A stretch of DNA of 63,164 bases, the filler included, from Chrysochromulina tobinii (taxonomy: Eukaryota): the NCBI GenBank assembly GCA_001275005.1. It is 6 parts of 6 records of this genome, joined end to end, with 100 filler letters (N's around TTAATTAATTAA, not from the genome) between each part and the next. Parts side by side here need not be neighbours in the genome. Positions count along the whole stretch, not along the records: positions 1 to 6,744 come from JWZX01001433.1; positions 6,845 to 27,499 come from JWZX01001435.1; 4 more parts are not named here. One strand, 5' to 3'. Each line of letters opens with the position of its first letter. Within the stretch, counting starts at the first letter, position 1. Shown here one piece after another: positions 1 to 11,296 of the stretch. The translations under genes and the position numbers were made by a program. The notes beneath the pieces are model-generated. The model worked only from the letters and a program-made list of their open reading frames with translations, did no database searches and was not told the DNA's origin.

Positions 1-141
1 ACAATTAGTGCCGAGCATTGCGTTGCTGGCTGCTATCTTCGCCGCAGAGCAGTGCCAGCTGGCTCGAGTGCCGCGGAATCGTCCTCGCGTTGAGCTCAAC
101 GACAACATCGGGCTCCGGCGTGAGCGCAGGTTGTGCCTCGA

Positions 142-3100
142 TCAGCGCATCACGGCGCCTCTCGTCAGGCGGCTTGCGCTCCGAGCATTGCGGTGGGTCG
201 GGGGGTTGCGAAGGAATCGATTTGCAACCCCCAACACTCGTTCACCATCGGATTGGATGGTCACGTCACAACACGACTCATGATCAGCATCAACTGTGCA
301 CGCATCCCATGCGCACAGACCGCAGAGAAAGTTGCATAAATCTGGATCACATGATTGGACCTCCATTCGCTGACCCACCCTGCTGGTCGGAGCCGGTGCC
401 GCCCGAGGTACTACTTCGTCGCCATCGCTGCCGCCTTCTTCGCTGCCGCCTTCTTCGCCATCTTTGCCATCGCCATCGCTGTCGCCATCGCTGTCGCCAT
501 CGCTGTCGCCATCGCTGTCGCCATCGCCGCCATCGCCGCCATCGATGCCGCGTCGAGTAAACAGATTTCGAACAGGTAGCCGACCCCCTCCATGTCCATG
601 CCCACGCCCGCGCCCAGCACGCCCGCGACCAGCGCGCCCGCGACCACGCCCGCGGCCCTTGCCTTGAGCTTGCCCAGCGCCTCCATCGCCAGCAGCGCCT
701 CCATCGCCAGCAGCGCCAGCAGCGCCTTCATCGTCCTCACAATCGCCTTCATCACCGCCTCCATCGTCATCATCGCCGACACCAGCGCCTCTGCAGCCAC
801 GGCCTCGGCCTGCACGCCCACGACCAGCACGCCCGCGACCACGCCCGCGGCCCTTGCCTTGAGCTTGCCCAGCGCCTTCATCGCCTCCATCGCCAGCAGC
901 GCCTTCATCGCCTTCATTGCCAGCAGCGTCTTCATCGTCCTCACCATCGCCTTCATCGCCACCTTCATCGTCATCATCGCCGCCACCGGCGCCTCTGCGG
1001 CCACGGCCGCGGCCTGCACGCCCGCGGCCTGCACGCGCGCCTCGAGCATGTCCGGGTTTCTGTGGGTTTTGTGTAGGGGTATGGGTTGCCGGCAGCGTAG
1101 CAGGGATCGCAGGCTGCACCGAGCCCTTCGTGGCGAGCTCACGGAGAGAGCTCACACTGACATACAAGAGATTGCCACGGTCAGGTTTCGGTCGACGCAC
1201 ACTGAAGACCTGAACATCGGTCACGAGCACCTCGACACGCGTGATTTCATGATGGCGCTCAAACTTGGTTCCCGACTTGCGATCAGCGGCGTTGTAGTGC
1301 GGGTTCTCCTTCATTTCAAAGTGACCCCAAAAGCCAGGGAAGCCATCCTGTGGATTGTGATGATACTCAACTGTTGTGAAAGCAACATCTCTGGCCACCG
1401 ACGCCTCGATACATAAGCCGTTGACAACGCGGTGTAGGCCTACGTTGCCGTTCTGCAGGCGAATGAACAAGAAGTCCGCTTGAAAGATGGGGGAGAGCTG
1501 AAACCTTCCATCCGTACGAATGCGCTGCTTGTAAGCTTCAAGTTCGCCAGCAACGTCTGCTGCTGTGCGCCCAAGGCCAGTAACTGGATTGACCGGTGGG
1601 TTCTCCATTTCGTCGCTCACATGTCCGTGCGGATCCACTGCGGCACCACGCAGCGGGAAGAATCTCGGCAGATCCTTCCAAACCAATTTCAGGGACTCAG
1701 GGAGCATGTTGGTGTCACCGTCCTTTGGCAATCCTTGGAAGCGCGTTTCCCACTCCTCTCTGATGTGCGTTTTGTCAGCCTCTGAAACTGACATGTGCCT
1801 GTACCATTGACGCACCGTGCTTTCCACGGTGGATCTGCTCCATTCAGGATCCAGTTTGGCCCTGGCGAGCTCTGGCATACCACTCGGCACCGTTTTGAAG
1901 ACGAGGTACCCGCCGTCGTCGGGTAGAAATGAAGATGCGATGGACGACTTTCGTAGCCAGAGCCTGACGTCGCCGTTGCGATCCTTACGACAAACAAACT
2001 CGTGCATGCCAGAGCCAAACTGGCCCGTCCCAAACCCGGCAAACCGCTCATGAACGTGCGGTGCGAAGAACTTTTTCCAGTCCCAGAGGCAATGCAGCTC
2101 CACGCAGCCTTGACAATTGTATTTGTGCAGGAACGATTGGATGTAATGAAGGAGCCGGGAGACGGTCCAGACAGGTTTGGCTAGCAGCTGGATGATGAGA
2201 GTTCTGAACGTCTGGTCAATTCTGGAGAAGGTATGGCCCTTCATCATACAAAAAAAGCTCGACTCGTCAACAGCGTCGATAGCCACAAGCCAAGCTAGAA
2301 AGAAGATCATCTCGTTGTTCTTGTTATCGCCTCCGGTGTTGTCGAGCAGTACGTTGAGAGTTGCACCCAGCACGCCGGTTGTTGCCACGATATGCAGCAT
2401 GCCAAGGTACAGCACGGTGCATGACAAATTTGGCCCACTGCCAAGACCGTCTCGGCTGACAAAAGTCAGCATTCCGATTCCCGCCATCATCAGGCCGGTG
2501 ATCTTCGAAGACCAGCGTTTGGCTCCATCGACTGATTTGACAGGGTCGAATGCTGTCCGCTGCTGCACCGGAACGTCAAACTGAGTCTCCGTAGGAGCAT
2601 CCATGGAAAGCGCTGTGACACGCCCTGGATGGTGCTCTGCTTTTGTCCACCAGTCCTCTGCATAATCACGCTCCCCTTTCTGCTCCTTCATGTGACGAGC
2701 ATGGCGCTCATCAAGCTCATTGATCTTCAATTTGGCCTCCGCGTCCATGCGGCCCTCGTACACAGCACGGTCAACCAGGTGGTCCCCGCACGAGTCGCAT
2801 TTTGCGTGCCCTTTTGCGCCGATCTCGGTGATCTCCGTGTGCCCTTTCCAGAGCTTCTCAAAGAGAGACTTGGACCCGATCACGGGCAAACCTTTCTGCC
2901 TTCGCATCTTGCTGTATTCATCCCAGCGTGCCGCGGCTGATGCCTTTGGTACCGTCCACTTATCCCTTGGATTGGACCCTCCCTTCGGGCCTTCATACTT
3001 CGAGCGCAGCTCGCGTATGTATGACTCCAGATGAACGCGCTGCTCACTGAGCTGCTTGGAGGCTACATCGCACCGCCCAGCATGCCATGGCTTTCCTCCC

Positions 3101-4038
3101 CTGAGGTCTGCGCGACTGTTCGCCCACTGGCAGAACGAAAGCCCGTTTGCCAGACCTGCTGAGGCTGAGCAGCAGTCACCAAAACTCCCCACGACGAAGC
3201 TGCGCGTGAAGCTTGTGGTCTTTGCGTCATAGTGGCCCTGCATTTCGATCCGATTGGCATCTCGCAGGCCGCCTTTTGCACCAGCCTTCGTTCTGAATGC
3301 CTTGCGATGCTCATAGAGATCTAAGAGCGGCACCCGTTCAGAGCCGATGCAATTCCGCCGATCGGGACATGGGCAAACCCAGGTCTGCGCCGCCAACAGG
3401 TTGCTTATCTCCCAGTTCTTCGCGCCGCTGGTTCCTTCCGGGAATTGCGCCTTTGACCACAGTTTGCCAGTAGACTTCCTTATCGGCAAGGCACCTCCAG
3501 AATGCTCGTCACTGTCGTCAGCTGCACTCTCGTCATAATCCTCGCACTCCTCTGCATCTGAGTCGATGTCGAAAGAAGGACCTCCGGCACCGCTAGCGGA
3601 TGCAGGAGAAGGAAGGTCGTATCCGCTCTTCGGGTCTGCCGGGTCTGCCGGTAGAGCAGAGCTGTCAACAGTGCGTCTGAAGAGCCTCAATGGGACTGGA
3701 GGAGGCGTTGATACACTTGTACTCAACAATCTCTTCCTTCCCAGCGCCAGAGCAGTCGCCGCAAACGCCATAGCTGTGATCGTGCTGGCCGCTGGCATCT
3801 CCAGCGCGTCCTCCATTGTGTCTGCTCCAATGTTGAACGGCGCCGCGCAAAGCCGTAGCGTGGCTAGGAAGATGATCACCTCCAGCATGACGGCGAAAGC
3901 CGAGGGCGTCTCGCGAGCGCGCGCGCGCTTCCTTCGAGACTTTTTGTGTTTCGCGGCTCTGCGGATTTCATGCGCCAAAGCGTGTGTGTGGTTCACACCG
4001 CGCCAAATCGCGTCACTATGCTTCACACATTCATTCAT
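142..4038 (-). CDS. Sola1-like (DUF7869-type) DDD transposase with RGG/acidic low-complexity C-terminus
   Basis: Intronless ~1300-codon ORF. It has KCDSC, then SMDAP, LDNTGGDNKN and MKGHTFSRIDQTF, matching the D...DNxxxxNKN...GHTxxxxD pattern I recall for Sola1-type transposases. Start could be 4038 or 3888. No TIRs found. Confidence 0.7.
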   Translation of the reverse strand: MNECVKHSDAIWRGVNHTHALAHEIRRAAKHKKSRRKRARARETPSAFAVMLEVIIFLATLRLCAAPFNIGADTMEDALEMPAASTITAMAFAATALALGRKRLLSTSVSTPPPVPLRLFRRTVDSSALPADPADPKSGYDLPSPASASGAGGPSFDIDSDAEECEDYDESAADDSDEHSGGALPIRKSTGKLWSKAQFPEGTSGAKNWEISNLLAAQTWVCPCPDRRNCIGSERVPLLDLYEHRKAFRTKAGAKGGLRDANRIEMQGHYDAKTTSFTRSFVVGSFGDCCSASAGLANGLSFCQWANSRADLRGGKPWHAGRCDVASKQLSEQRVHLESYIRELRSKYEGPKGGSNPRDKWTVPKASAAARWDEYSKMRRQKGLPVIGSKSLFEKLWKGHTEITEIGAKGHAKCDSCGDHLVDRAVYEGRMDAEAKLKINELDERHARHMKEQKGERDYAEDWWTKAEHHPGRVTALSMDAPTETQFDVPVQQRTAFDPVKSVDGAKRWSSKITGLMMAGIGMLTFVSRDGLGSGPNLSCTVLYLGMLHIVATTGVLGATLNVLLDNTGGDNKNNEMIFFLAWLVAIDAVDESSFFCMMKGHTFSRIDQTFRTLIIQLLAKPVWTVSRLLHYIQSFLHKYNCQGCVELHCLWDWKKFFAPHVHERFAGFGTGQFGSGMHEFVCRKDRNGDVRLWLRKSSIASSFLPDDGGYLVFKTVPSGMPELARAKLDPEWSRSTVESTVRQWYRHMSVSEADKTHIREEWETRFQGLPKDGDTNMLPESLKLVWKDLPRFFPLRGAAVDPHGHVSDEMENPPVNPVTGLGRTAADVAGELEAYKQRIRTDGRFQLSPIFQADFLFIRLQNGNVGLHRVVNGLCIEASVARDVAFTTVEYHHNPQDGFPGFWGHFEMKENPHYNAADRKSGTKFERHHEITRVEVLVTDVQVFSVRRPKPDRGNLLYVSVSSLRELATKGSVQPAIPATLPATHTPTQNPQKPGHARGARAGRGRAGRGRGRRGAGGGDDDDEGGDEGDGEDDEDAAGNEGDEGAAGDGGDEGAGQAQGKGRGRGRGRAGRGRAGRGRGCRGAGVGDDDDGGGDEGDCEDDEGAAGAAGDGGAAGDGGAGQAQGKGRGRGRGRAGRGRAGRGRGHGHGGGRLPVRNLFTRRGIDGGDGGDGDSDGDSDGDSDGDSDGDGKDGEEGGSEEGGSDGDEVVPRAAPAPTSRVGQRMEVQSCDPDLCNFLCGLCAWDACTVDADHESCCDVTIQSDGERVLGVANRFLRNPPTHRNARSASRLTRGAVMR
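415..1045 (-). repeat. Low-complexity coding repeats (GRGRAGRG blocks, acidic GDD tracts, GDSD tandem)
   Basis: Duplicated blocks at about 600-820 and 815-1040; GCCATCGCTGTC tandem at about 472-530. Confidence 0.85.
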
Positions 4039-4326
4039 GACCACTCGGGATCCACATTATCTTCTCTCCTAGCATGTTTACACACATTCAGGACACGATC
4101 CTACTTTCAGCCCCAAAATCCTACGCCGGCCATATGATCTATTCAAGGACAGTTGTGCTGTTCTGCTGTATCCCGTCCCCGCGGAGACTGCCGCCGACCG
4201 GAACGAAGCGTCCGACCGTGAGCACACGCGCAACAATGCACGCCGCATGCGCGCCTGGTCGAGAGAGTCGCATCGCCCATGTCACCCTCGCGCCCGCTGC
4301 CCCGTGCATCCGCGGACGCAGCGCGT

Positions 4327-6700
4327 TCACTCACTACCATCGTTGGCCACCGCCGGCTGCACCTCCGCCGAGTCCATCATCGCGGCGGCGAGGGCCGCCC
4401 GCTGAAAGGCGCGCGCGCTTCGGCCGCCCGCCGCCGCCGACACGGCTGCCTCGGTAGAGGTGGGTAAAGTCGTGCCGATGCTTACCCCAGCGTCGGACAT
4501 CGCTGCGGCGATGGCCGCATCATCGACGGCCAAGTCGGCTCGCGCGCCGGTGATGGCTTTGGCGCCGTCCTCCTCGGTGGGTGGCGGCGGCGGCGGGTTG
4601 GCGGCGGCCTCGGCGGCAGCGGCCGCCTCGGCGGCAGCCTCTACCTCGGCTTGTTGTATCTCACCATGGAGCTTCATGATGGCCGCCGTCCAAGGCGTGA
4701 GGCCGCGCTCGGGGCGCGCACTGTTCTTTGCGTGGCCACTCGCCTCCTTTCGAGCTGCCTCCTTGGCTGCCGCCTCGCTGGTGTCGCCCGCCTCCTTGAG
4801 CGCGGTGAGCGCCTTGAGTAGCGCCAGGTCGACTTTAGCTTTGCTTCCTTTAAGGGACTGCATCGCCTGCTCGACGCTGATGCGCTCGAGAGTTCGCGCA
4901 TCCTCAGCGGCCGGCGCGACCACCTCGGGCTCGGCGGGCTCCTTGCCCTTCTTGCGCCCCCCGCCACCGACGCTCCCGTCGCCGCCCTTGTCGCCCTTGT
5001 CGCCCTTGCTGCTGCGCCGCGCCGCCTTGAGCGCCTCCGCCGCCGCTGCGGCCTCCGCCGCCTCTGCCGCCGCCGCCGCTGCCTTGGCCGCTTGAACGTC
5101 TGAGACGCGCGTGCGTCGGGACGGCCCAGCGGACGCGTCTGCCATGGCCGCCGCGTCCACATCCGCACTGGCCGCCTCCTTGGCTCCCTTGGCCACCCCT
5201 GCCTTGCTTGCCGCCGTCTCATCGGCCGGCAACGACGTGCGGCGCAACCACTTGATGCCGGCCGACTCCTCCTCGACCGGCGCAGCGGTCTCCAGCTGGT
5301 CCAGCTTGGTCTCGGAGTGCTTGGGCTTCTTCTCCTTGGGTGGCATCTTGCGCCACTCCTTGCCTACGAGCGGCGCGGTGAAGACCTCGATGAACTCCTC
5401 GTCCGGCTGCCCGTCCGCACCATCCACCATGACTGAGAAACGCCCCTTGCCGCCTGCAAGCAGCTCGAGTACGGACGCCTGCCGCCACTCGATTTGCCCT
5501 TTGACCTCTTCGACCTCGACCTCGACGCGCTCGCCCACGCGCACGAGGTGGGGCACGGGCGGCTGCGGCTTGGGCCGGTACGGTGACGTGAGCGTATACA
5601 GCCTCCCCTCGGGCGCATCGGAGGTGAGCAGCGCGAAGTGGTAATACCAACGGCCGTTCGAGTCGCGCCCAAGCATCTGGGGGCGCGCGAGCTCAATCTC
5701 CGCGGGCGCCATTCGCTTGTACACGTCACGGTCGGTGTCGAGCATCTGCTCGGCGATCCCGTGCAGCAGGCACGCGCGCTGTGCCAGCGAGAGCGCCATC
5801 ATCCCTCCGCTCTTGAGGGCCGCCGACACGTTCGCCAGCGGCCCCAGACGGTCGATGATCTCCCTGAGCCCGTAGCCCTCCGAGTACGGTAGATCCCATT
5901 CCTCTACCTCTTCGCCACGCGCCTCCTGCCGAAGCACCTTATGGAGCTGGCGTGCCCACGCGTCCACCCGCTGCGCCAGCTGCCCCGCGAGCGCCGCGCC
6001 CGAGGGCGGGCCCGTCTTGCTCGGAGTCACAAATTGGCCATTGCGCACCGTCGAGTGTCGAAGCATGGCGTCGACCGACACGCGCAGCAGGATGGATGCA
6101 TGAGGGAAGGCGAGGAGCCCGATCTCAAACTCGAGGAGCGAGAAGCCCGGCGCGTTCGCGAGCGCCGGGATCGCGAGCGGCGTCGCGAATGCCGTCACGA
6201 AGGCGCTGAGCGAGACCGCGTCGAAATCGAGTCGAAGTGTCTCTAGAGCGGGCGTGTCGATGCTCTCGCTCGCCCATGCCTCTGCCTCGGCGATCAGCCG
6301 CTCGCGCCGCTCGCGCGCGGCGCGAGCCTTTTGCGCGTCGGACTCGGCCGCCAGCCGCTGCTTGAATGACTCCACCAGCCGCAGCGTCGAGACCGCCTGC
6401 ACCTGCGTCTGCCGGCGACCCGTGAACGAATTGGCCGATGGGGCCACCTCCTCGCGAGGGCCGAGGACCGCGGTCGGTGCGGCAAAGAGCGAGGCGGCGT
6501 CGCGCAGGTAGCGCGGCAGCAGCGTGATGTTCTGCTCGAAGACCGCGTCCAGCCGCTCACACTTCTTCGACACCGGTGACCGGTCCGGGTGGCCCTGCGT
6601 CAGGTAGCAGCTCGCAAACACGTCGCGCACGGCCACCGCAAACTCACCCAGGCCCTTGTACGCGCCCGCAACCACCCTGGAGCGTACGGTGGCCAGATGG
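4327..6700 (-). CDS. Chromatin protein: C-terminal half of a bromodomain, WHIM/WSD-like motifs, Tudor/Agenet-like domain (5'-partial)
   Basis: HLATVRSRVVAGAY..EFAVAVRDVFASC resembles bromodomain helices. LSLAQRACLLHGIAE is WHIM1-like, LGRDSNGRWYY is WHIM2/WSD-like and VGERVEV..W..A.V is Tudor-like. The exon starts after a poly-C...CTCGCAG acceptor at 6701. Confidence 0.7.
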
Positions 6701-6704
6701 CTGC

Positions 6705-6744
<40 letters not shown>

Positions 6745-6844
6745 NNNNNNNNNNNNNNNNNNNNNNNNNNNNNNNNNNNNNNNNNNNNTTAATTAATTAA
6801 NNNNNNNNNNNNNNNNNNNNNNNNNNNNNNNNNNNNNNNNNNNN
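6745..6844. other. Artificial contig linker
   Basis: N44-TTAATTAATTAA-N44, stops in all six frames. Confidence 0.99.
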
Positions 6845-8439
6845 CGAGCTGGCGCTCGCGGTCGCCGAGCGCCCAGAACTCGTCCGTGATCCGCTCCGCC
6901 CATTGCTTGTGAAGGTGAAACGGCTTGAAGCTGTGACCGAGGTCTGCAAACTTGAGAGCCACGGGCAGCAGCAGAGGCACGCCCACCAGCGCCTGCGCCT
7001 GGAAGGGAGAGGTCCACTCCGCACGCTCGCTCAACTCTAGAGGAACCCTCTCGGCTCGACCGCCTCGTTGTTCGCCGCCAGTTGAGCGGCCGAAGCACTG
7101 TAGCTTGCGGAGTGCTTCTGCAGAGACTACAGCGGCGTGGCCGTGCTGAGCAGCCAGAGTGCGAAGGGTCGAGATGATGTCGAAGTGCATCTTCAGGTCG
7201 GTCGCGAGGACCATATCGACAATGAGCTTTCGGCAGAGTTCCTCATCGTCAGTTGACATTGCGCCGAAGAGGTCGAACGCCGGCGTCGCCGCGAACAGTG
7301 TGATGTCGAGTGCAGGTGATGACGCTCGAGGATAGCATCCGCATGCATCAGCGCGCGCTCCGTCCCCGCCCGCACCTCATGTCGGTTGTTTGTACCGGGG
7401 TGGTTGAAGTCGTGGACGAACGCCCCAACGAGGGCGGCGAGCAGTTCCAGCTTCGTGAGGCGCGCCGTCAGGCCAAAGTTGACGATGAAGTAGTGCACGC
7501 CTAGCGCAACATCCGCGGCGTGCACTGCATTGTGGTACTCTTGGCCGCCGTAGCACGCCTCGAGGGCACACAGGAAGCGATGTAACACCTCCCGGTTAAC
7601 GTGGCAAGGCTCGTGCAGCTTGTGCCATTCGAAGAGCGCCTCGCCAACGAGGAGGAGGGCGTGTCCGCCAGAGGCCTTCTGCAGCGCGAGTGTGTCATAG
7701 TCCCACGTGTCCAGGCACGCCAGTGCCTCCGCCCTTGCACTGTCGCTGATCATGAGAGGCTCCTTAAACAGCTCACCGGTGAGGGCCATCGTCATGGCTT
7801 CCGGCAGCACCCACAATGACGTTGACCTCGTATATTCCTTCGAATGTGAACGTGGTCGAGTGCTCCCCGACGAGAGGGAGCCACTGAGAACACTACCAAC
7901 ACTGCCCGCGATGCGCGGGTCGCTTCTCTTCCTGAACGAAGAAGAAGTCCCGACGAGAATCTCTTGCAGCCAGGACGCAACTCTCTCGGCAGGCGCCTGT
8001 TCTTCGCCATGACGAGAGCCTTCTAAGAATATCGAAGTCAGCGACAGCCTTTTAAGAAAATCGAAGGACGACGACCGCTGCAGGGCAGCCCGGGCCGCCA
8101 CAATCTTGTCGAGAGCGTGCACCCAAAGTTTGATCTGGCAAGCATCGTCAGGGACGCAGAACTCGCCGATGGGCCTCAACAGATCAGAATCCGTCTGGTC
8201 CTCTCCGTTGATCTGGATGCGCGTGCACACTACCTGGATGTTGAGGTCTTCCATCATCTTCTGTAGGAAGGGGGTAAGGATCCCTGAGCGATTGGCTGCT
8301 TGAGCGCCCCGCCGGACACTTGGCAGCCAATCGCAAGATCCTGGTCACCAGCGATTGTAAACTCGAAGCTCTGCGCGCCCCTCGAGGAGACTGAACCATC
8401 CTTGCGGCGCGACAAAGCGTTGCTGATCGCGTTGAGCAT
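6845..8439 (-). pseudogene. Class I cyclic-nucleotide phosphodiesterase, frameshifted copy, 3'-truncated by contig end
   Basis: YHNAVHAADV, HDFNHPG, LATD and KFADLGH are split across ORFs 7193-8257 and 6845-7259. One T is missing near 7303 relative to the paralog (ACATCAC vs ACATTCAC). Could be a sequencing error. Confidence 0.8.
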
Positions 8440-9283
8440 TTCTGACTCTGAAATGTTGTAATGTGCTCAGCAAATGGACGCGAGATTCGGACGCGGGATT
8501 CGCCCCGTGCGTCGGAAGCCGTCGGCTGCCTAAAACTTAGGACTAATTAGGATTCCTAATTAAGAATCCTAACCCAACAAATCCGCAAGAATCCGCAAAG
8601 AATTTTTAGATTCGATTAGAACAACCCTCGAAAACGAATCTCTTTATCCGGGAAATGTCTAATATGGTGGTCCATGCCTTCGACCATTCAAGTGCTAAAA
8701 ACACACTAGACACCACCGTGATCACGTGGCAGTCGGTCGGGGCACATACATGCGAATATGGACAGACGTCCAGAAACGCAAGAGACGCCCCCCCGATCCG
8801 CTAGCGGAAACGCAAGAGAGAGAGAGCATCAGGGAGCGAGCCAGCGTGCAGCGAGCGGATCAGTCTAGGAGTCTTCAGCGTCACTTGTAGTGAGCGGATG
8901 CCGGATCGCCCATCCGCTCGCTAGAGTGGCCCATGTAGTGGCCCATGGTATTCCATGGTAGTGGCCACTCTGGGTTAACTCTGGGTGCACGCTGGCCCCA
9001 ATCTGATCTCGAGGTACTAACATCATGAATGATGAAACGATTAACCAATACTACATTTTCCCGCACACAACAAGGAGCCACAGGTGCAAACAGCTACATT
9101 GTACCGGTGCTGTGTACACACCACACATGATGGTACACTACACGTTGCCAGGAGCTCCGCAGCTGCGGGGCGTGGCACACAATCAAAAAAGTAATCCATC
9201 GCCCACCCTGGCACGCGCGCGGCGAAGCGGCGATACCATGATTCGCTTTACACCTTACACGCTCACAGTAGGATAGGCGGATC

Positions 9284-11296
9284 TTAAGCAGTCGGGAAGC
9301 TCGAGCGTCTTGTGTGAGCTGTTTGCCCTCGCCGCCGCCACTGCGGCACAGGTGCAGGCGCCTTGGGCGCCGTGCCAGGCAGGTTCGCATCCCCTGGGGG
9401 GCATACGGAAAGTACGGGTTCCCGACGGATTGCATGCTCCATTAAGGGTTCCCGGCGGATTGCATGCTCCATTAAGAGAGGGCTCATCGCATCGATGACC
9501 GAAGATGGCGGACAAGCTGACGAGCCTTCCCCACCACCACCATCGACCCCGCCACCGTCGCCTCTCCCTCCGTCACCGCCGCCTTTTCCACCGCCGCCTT
9601 TTCCACCACCTCCTTCCCCCCCACCGGTGCCACCTTCTGCTCCACCCCCGTCGCCTCCGCCATCTCCTCCTTCATACCCGCCGCCCCCTTTTCCACCGCC
9701 GCCATCTCCGCCTCCACCTTCGCCGACGCCATCATCCCCACCACCACCATCTCCTCCGCTCGTTGCGCGTCCTCCGTCGGCTTCGCGTTGCGAGAGCTCC
9801 TCCCATGCCGTCAGGTGCGCTTGCACGCGTAGCCAAGGCAGCATGGTTGGGTCGATGAGGTCCGCCACGATCGAGTAGAATGGCACGCAGATGAACTTGA
9901 AGAAGCCAACCTGCGACTCGGGCACGTCGCAGTCCGTGTGCCGGTCGCACAGCGGCGAGAGGGCGATGCCGAGCTGGCGCTCGCGGTCGCCGAGCGCCCA
10001 GAACTCGTCCGTGATCCGCTCCGCCCATTGCTTGTGAAGGTGAAACGGCTTGAAGCTATGACCGAGGTCTGCAAACTTGAGAGCCACAGCAAGCAGCAGA
10101 GGCACCCCCACCAGAGCTTGCGCCTGGAAGGGAGAGGTCCACTCCGCAGAGACTGCAGCAGCGTGGCCGTGCTGAGCAGCCAGAGTGCGAAGGGTCGAGA
10201 TGATGTCGACGTGCCTCTTCAGGTCGGTCGCGAGGACCATATCGACAATGAGCTTTCGGCAGAGTTCCCGATCGTCAGCTGGCATTGCGCCGAAGAGGTC
10301 GAACGCCGGCGTCGCGAGCAGTGTGAATGTCGAGTGCAGGTGGTGACGCTCGAGGATAGCATCCGTATGCGTCAGCGCGCGCTCCGTCCCCGCCCGCACC
10401 TCATGGTTGTTGTTTGTACCGGGGTGGTTGAAGTCGTGGACGAACGCCCCAACGAGGGCGGCGAGCAGTTCCAGCTTCGTGAGGCGCGCCGTCAGGCCAA
10501 AGTTGACGATGAAGTAGTGCACGCCTAGCGCAACATCCGCGGCGTGCACTGCATTGTGGTACTCTTGGCCGCCGTAGCACGCCTCGAGGGCACGCAGGAA
10601 GCGATGTAACACCATCCGGTCAACGTGGCAAGGCTCGTGCAGCTTGTGCCATTCGAAGAGCGCCTCGCCAACGAGGAGGAGGGCGTGTCCGCCAGAGGCC
10701 TCCTGCAGCGCGAGCGTGTCATAGTCCCACCTGCCCAAGCAAGCCAGTGCCTCCGCCCGTGCACTGTCGCTGATCGTGAGAGGCTTCTTGAACAGTTCAC
10801 CGGTGAGGGCCATCGCCATGGCTTCCGGCAAGACCCACAATGACAGTGGACTCATGATGTATTCCTTCGAATGTGAACGTGGTCGAGTGCTCCCCCACGT
10901 GAGGGAGCCACTGCCAACACTGCCCACGATGCTTGGGGCGCTTCTCTTCCCGACGAGGGTCTCGACGAGTGTCTCGCGCAGCCAGAAGGCAACTCTCTCG
11001 TCAGGCGCCTGTTCGTCGCCTTGACGAGAGCCTTCAATGAAAATCGAAGCGAACGAGAGGTGGTAATTGTCCTCGCTCGATGCGTGAGGGTCGACCCAAA
11101 GCGCCATTGCTGCAGCTAGCATCAGCTCGAGTTCGAGCTTCAAAGCGGAGCTCGCACCCTCCCGCTGCATCTCATACTGTTCCTGTCGGAGTAACTCGGT
11201 AAAGATCATCGCTGCGCGTGCCGTCGCTTCGCGTGCCGTGCCTCGCCCGATGATCCTCGGAGCACGGTTCAAGGAGGAGACGACGAATGAATCCAT
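9284..11296 (-). CDS. Class I 3',5'-cyclic-nucleotide phosphodiesterase (PDEase_I) with Gly-rich tail
   Basis: Complete motif set in one frame: YHN..HAADV, HD..HPG, E.HH, LATD, K.ADL, SQVGF. Confidence 0.92.
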   Translation of the reverse strand: MDSFVVSSLNRAPRIIGRGTAREATARAAMIFTELLRQEQYEMQREGASSALKLELELMLAAAMALWVDPHASSEDNYHLSFASIFIEGSRQGDEQAPDERVAFWLRETLVETLVGKRSAPSIVGSVGSGSLTWGSTRPRSHSKEYIMSPLSLWVLPEAMAMALTGELFKKPLTISDSARAEALACLGRWDYDTLALQEASGGHALLLVGEALFEWHKLHEPCHVDRMVLHRFLRALEACYGGQEYHNAVHAADVALGVHYFIVNFGLTARLTKLELLAALVGAFVHDFNHPGTNNNHEVRAGTERALTHTDAILERHHLHSTFTLLATPAFDLFGAMPADDRELCRKLIVDMVLATDLKRHVDIISTLRTLAAQHGHAAAVSAEWTSPFQAQALVGVPLLLAVALKFADLGHSFKPFHLHKQWAERITDEFWALGDRERQLGIALSPLCDRHTDCDVPESQVGFFKFICVPFYSIVADLIDPTMLPWLRVQAHLTAWEELSQREADGGRATSGGDGGGGDDGVGEGGGGDGGGGKGGGGYEGGDGGGDGGGAEGGTGGGEGGGGKGGGGKGGGDGGRGDGGGVDGGGGEGSSACPPSSVIDAMSPLLMEHAIRREPLMEHAIRREPVLSVCPPGDANLPGTAPKAPAPVPQWRRRGQTAHTRRSSFPTA

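Noticed and set aside
6707..6744. Poly-G run as a G-quadruplex element
   Set aside because: It sits at a contig end and reads as an intron pyrimidine tract on the minus strand, or is a sequencing artefact.
8545..8570. AT-rich palindrome TAATTAGGATTCCTAATTA
   Set aside because: Isolated, with no supporting context.
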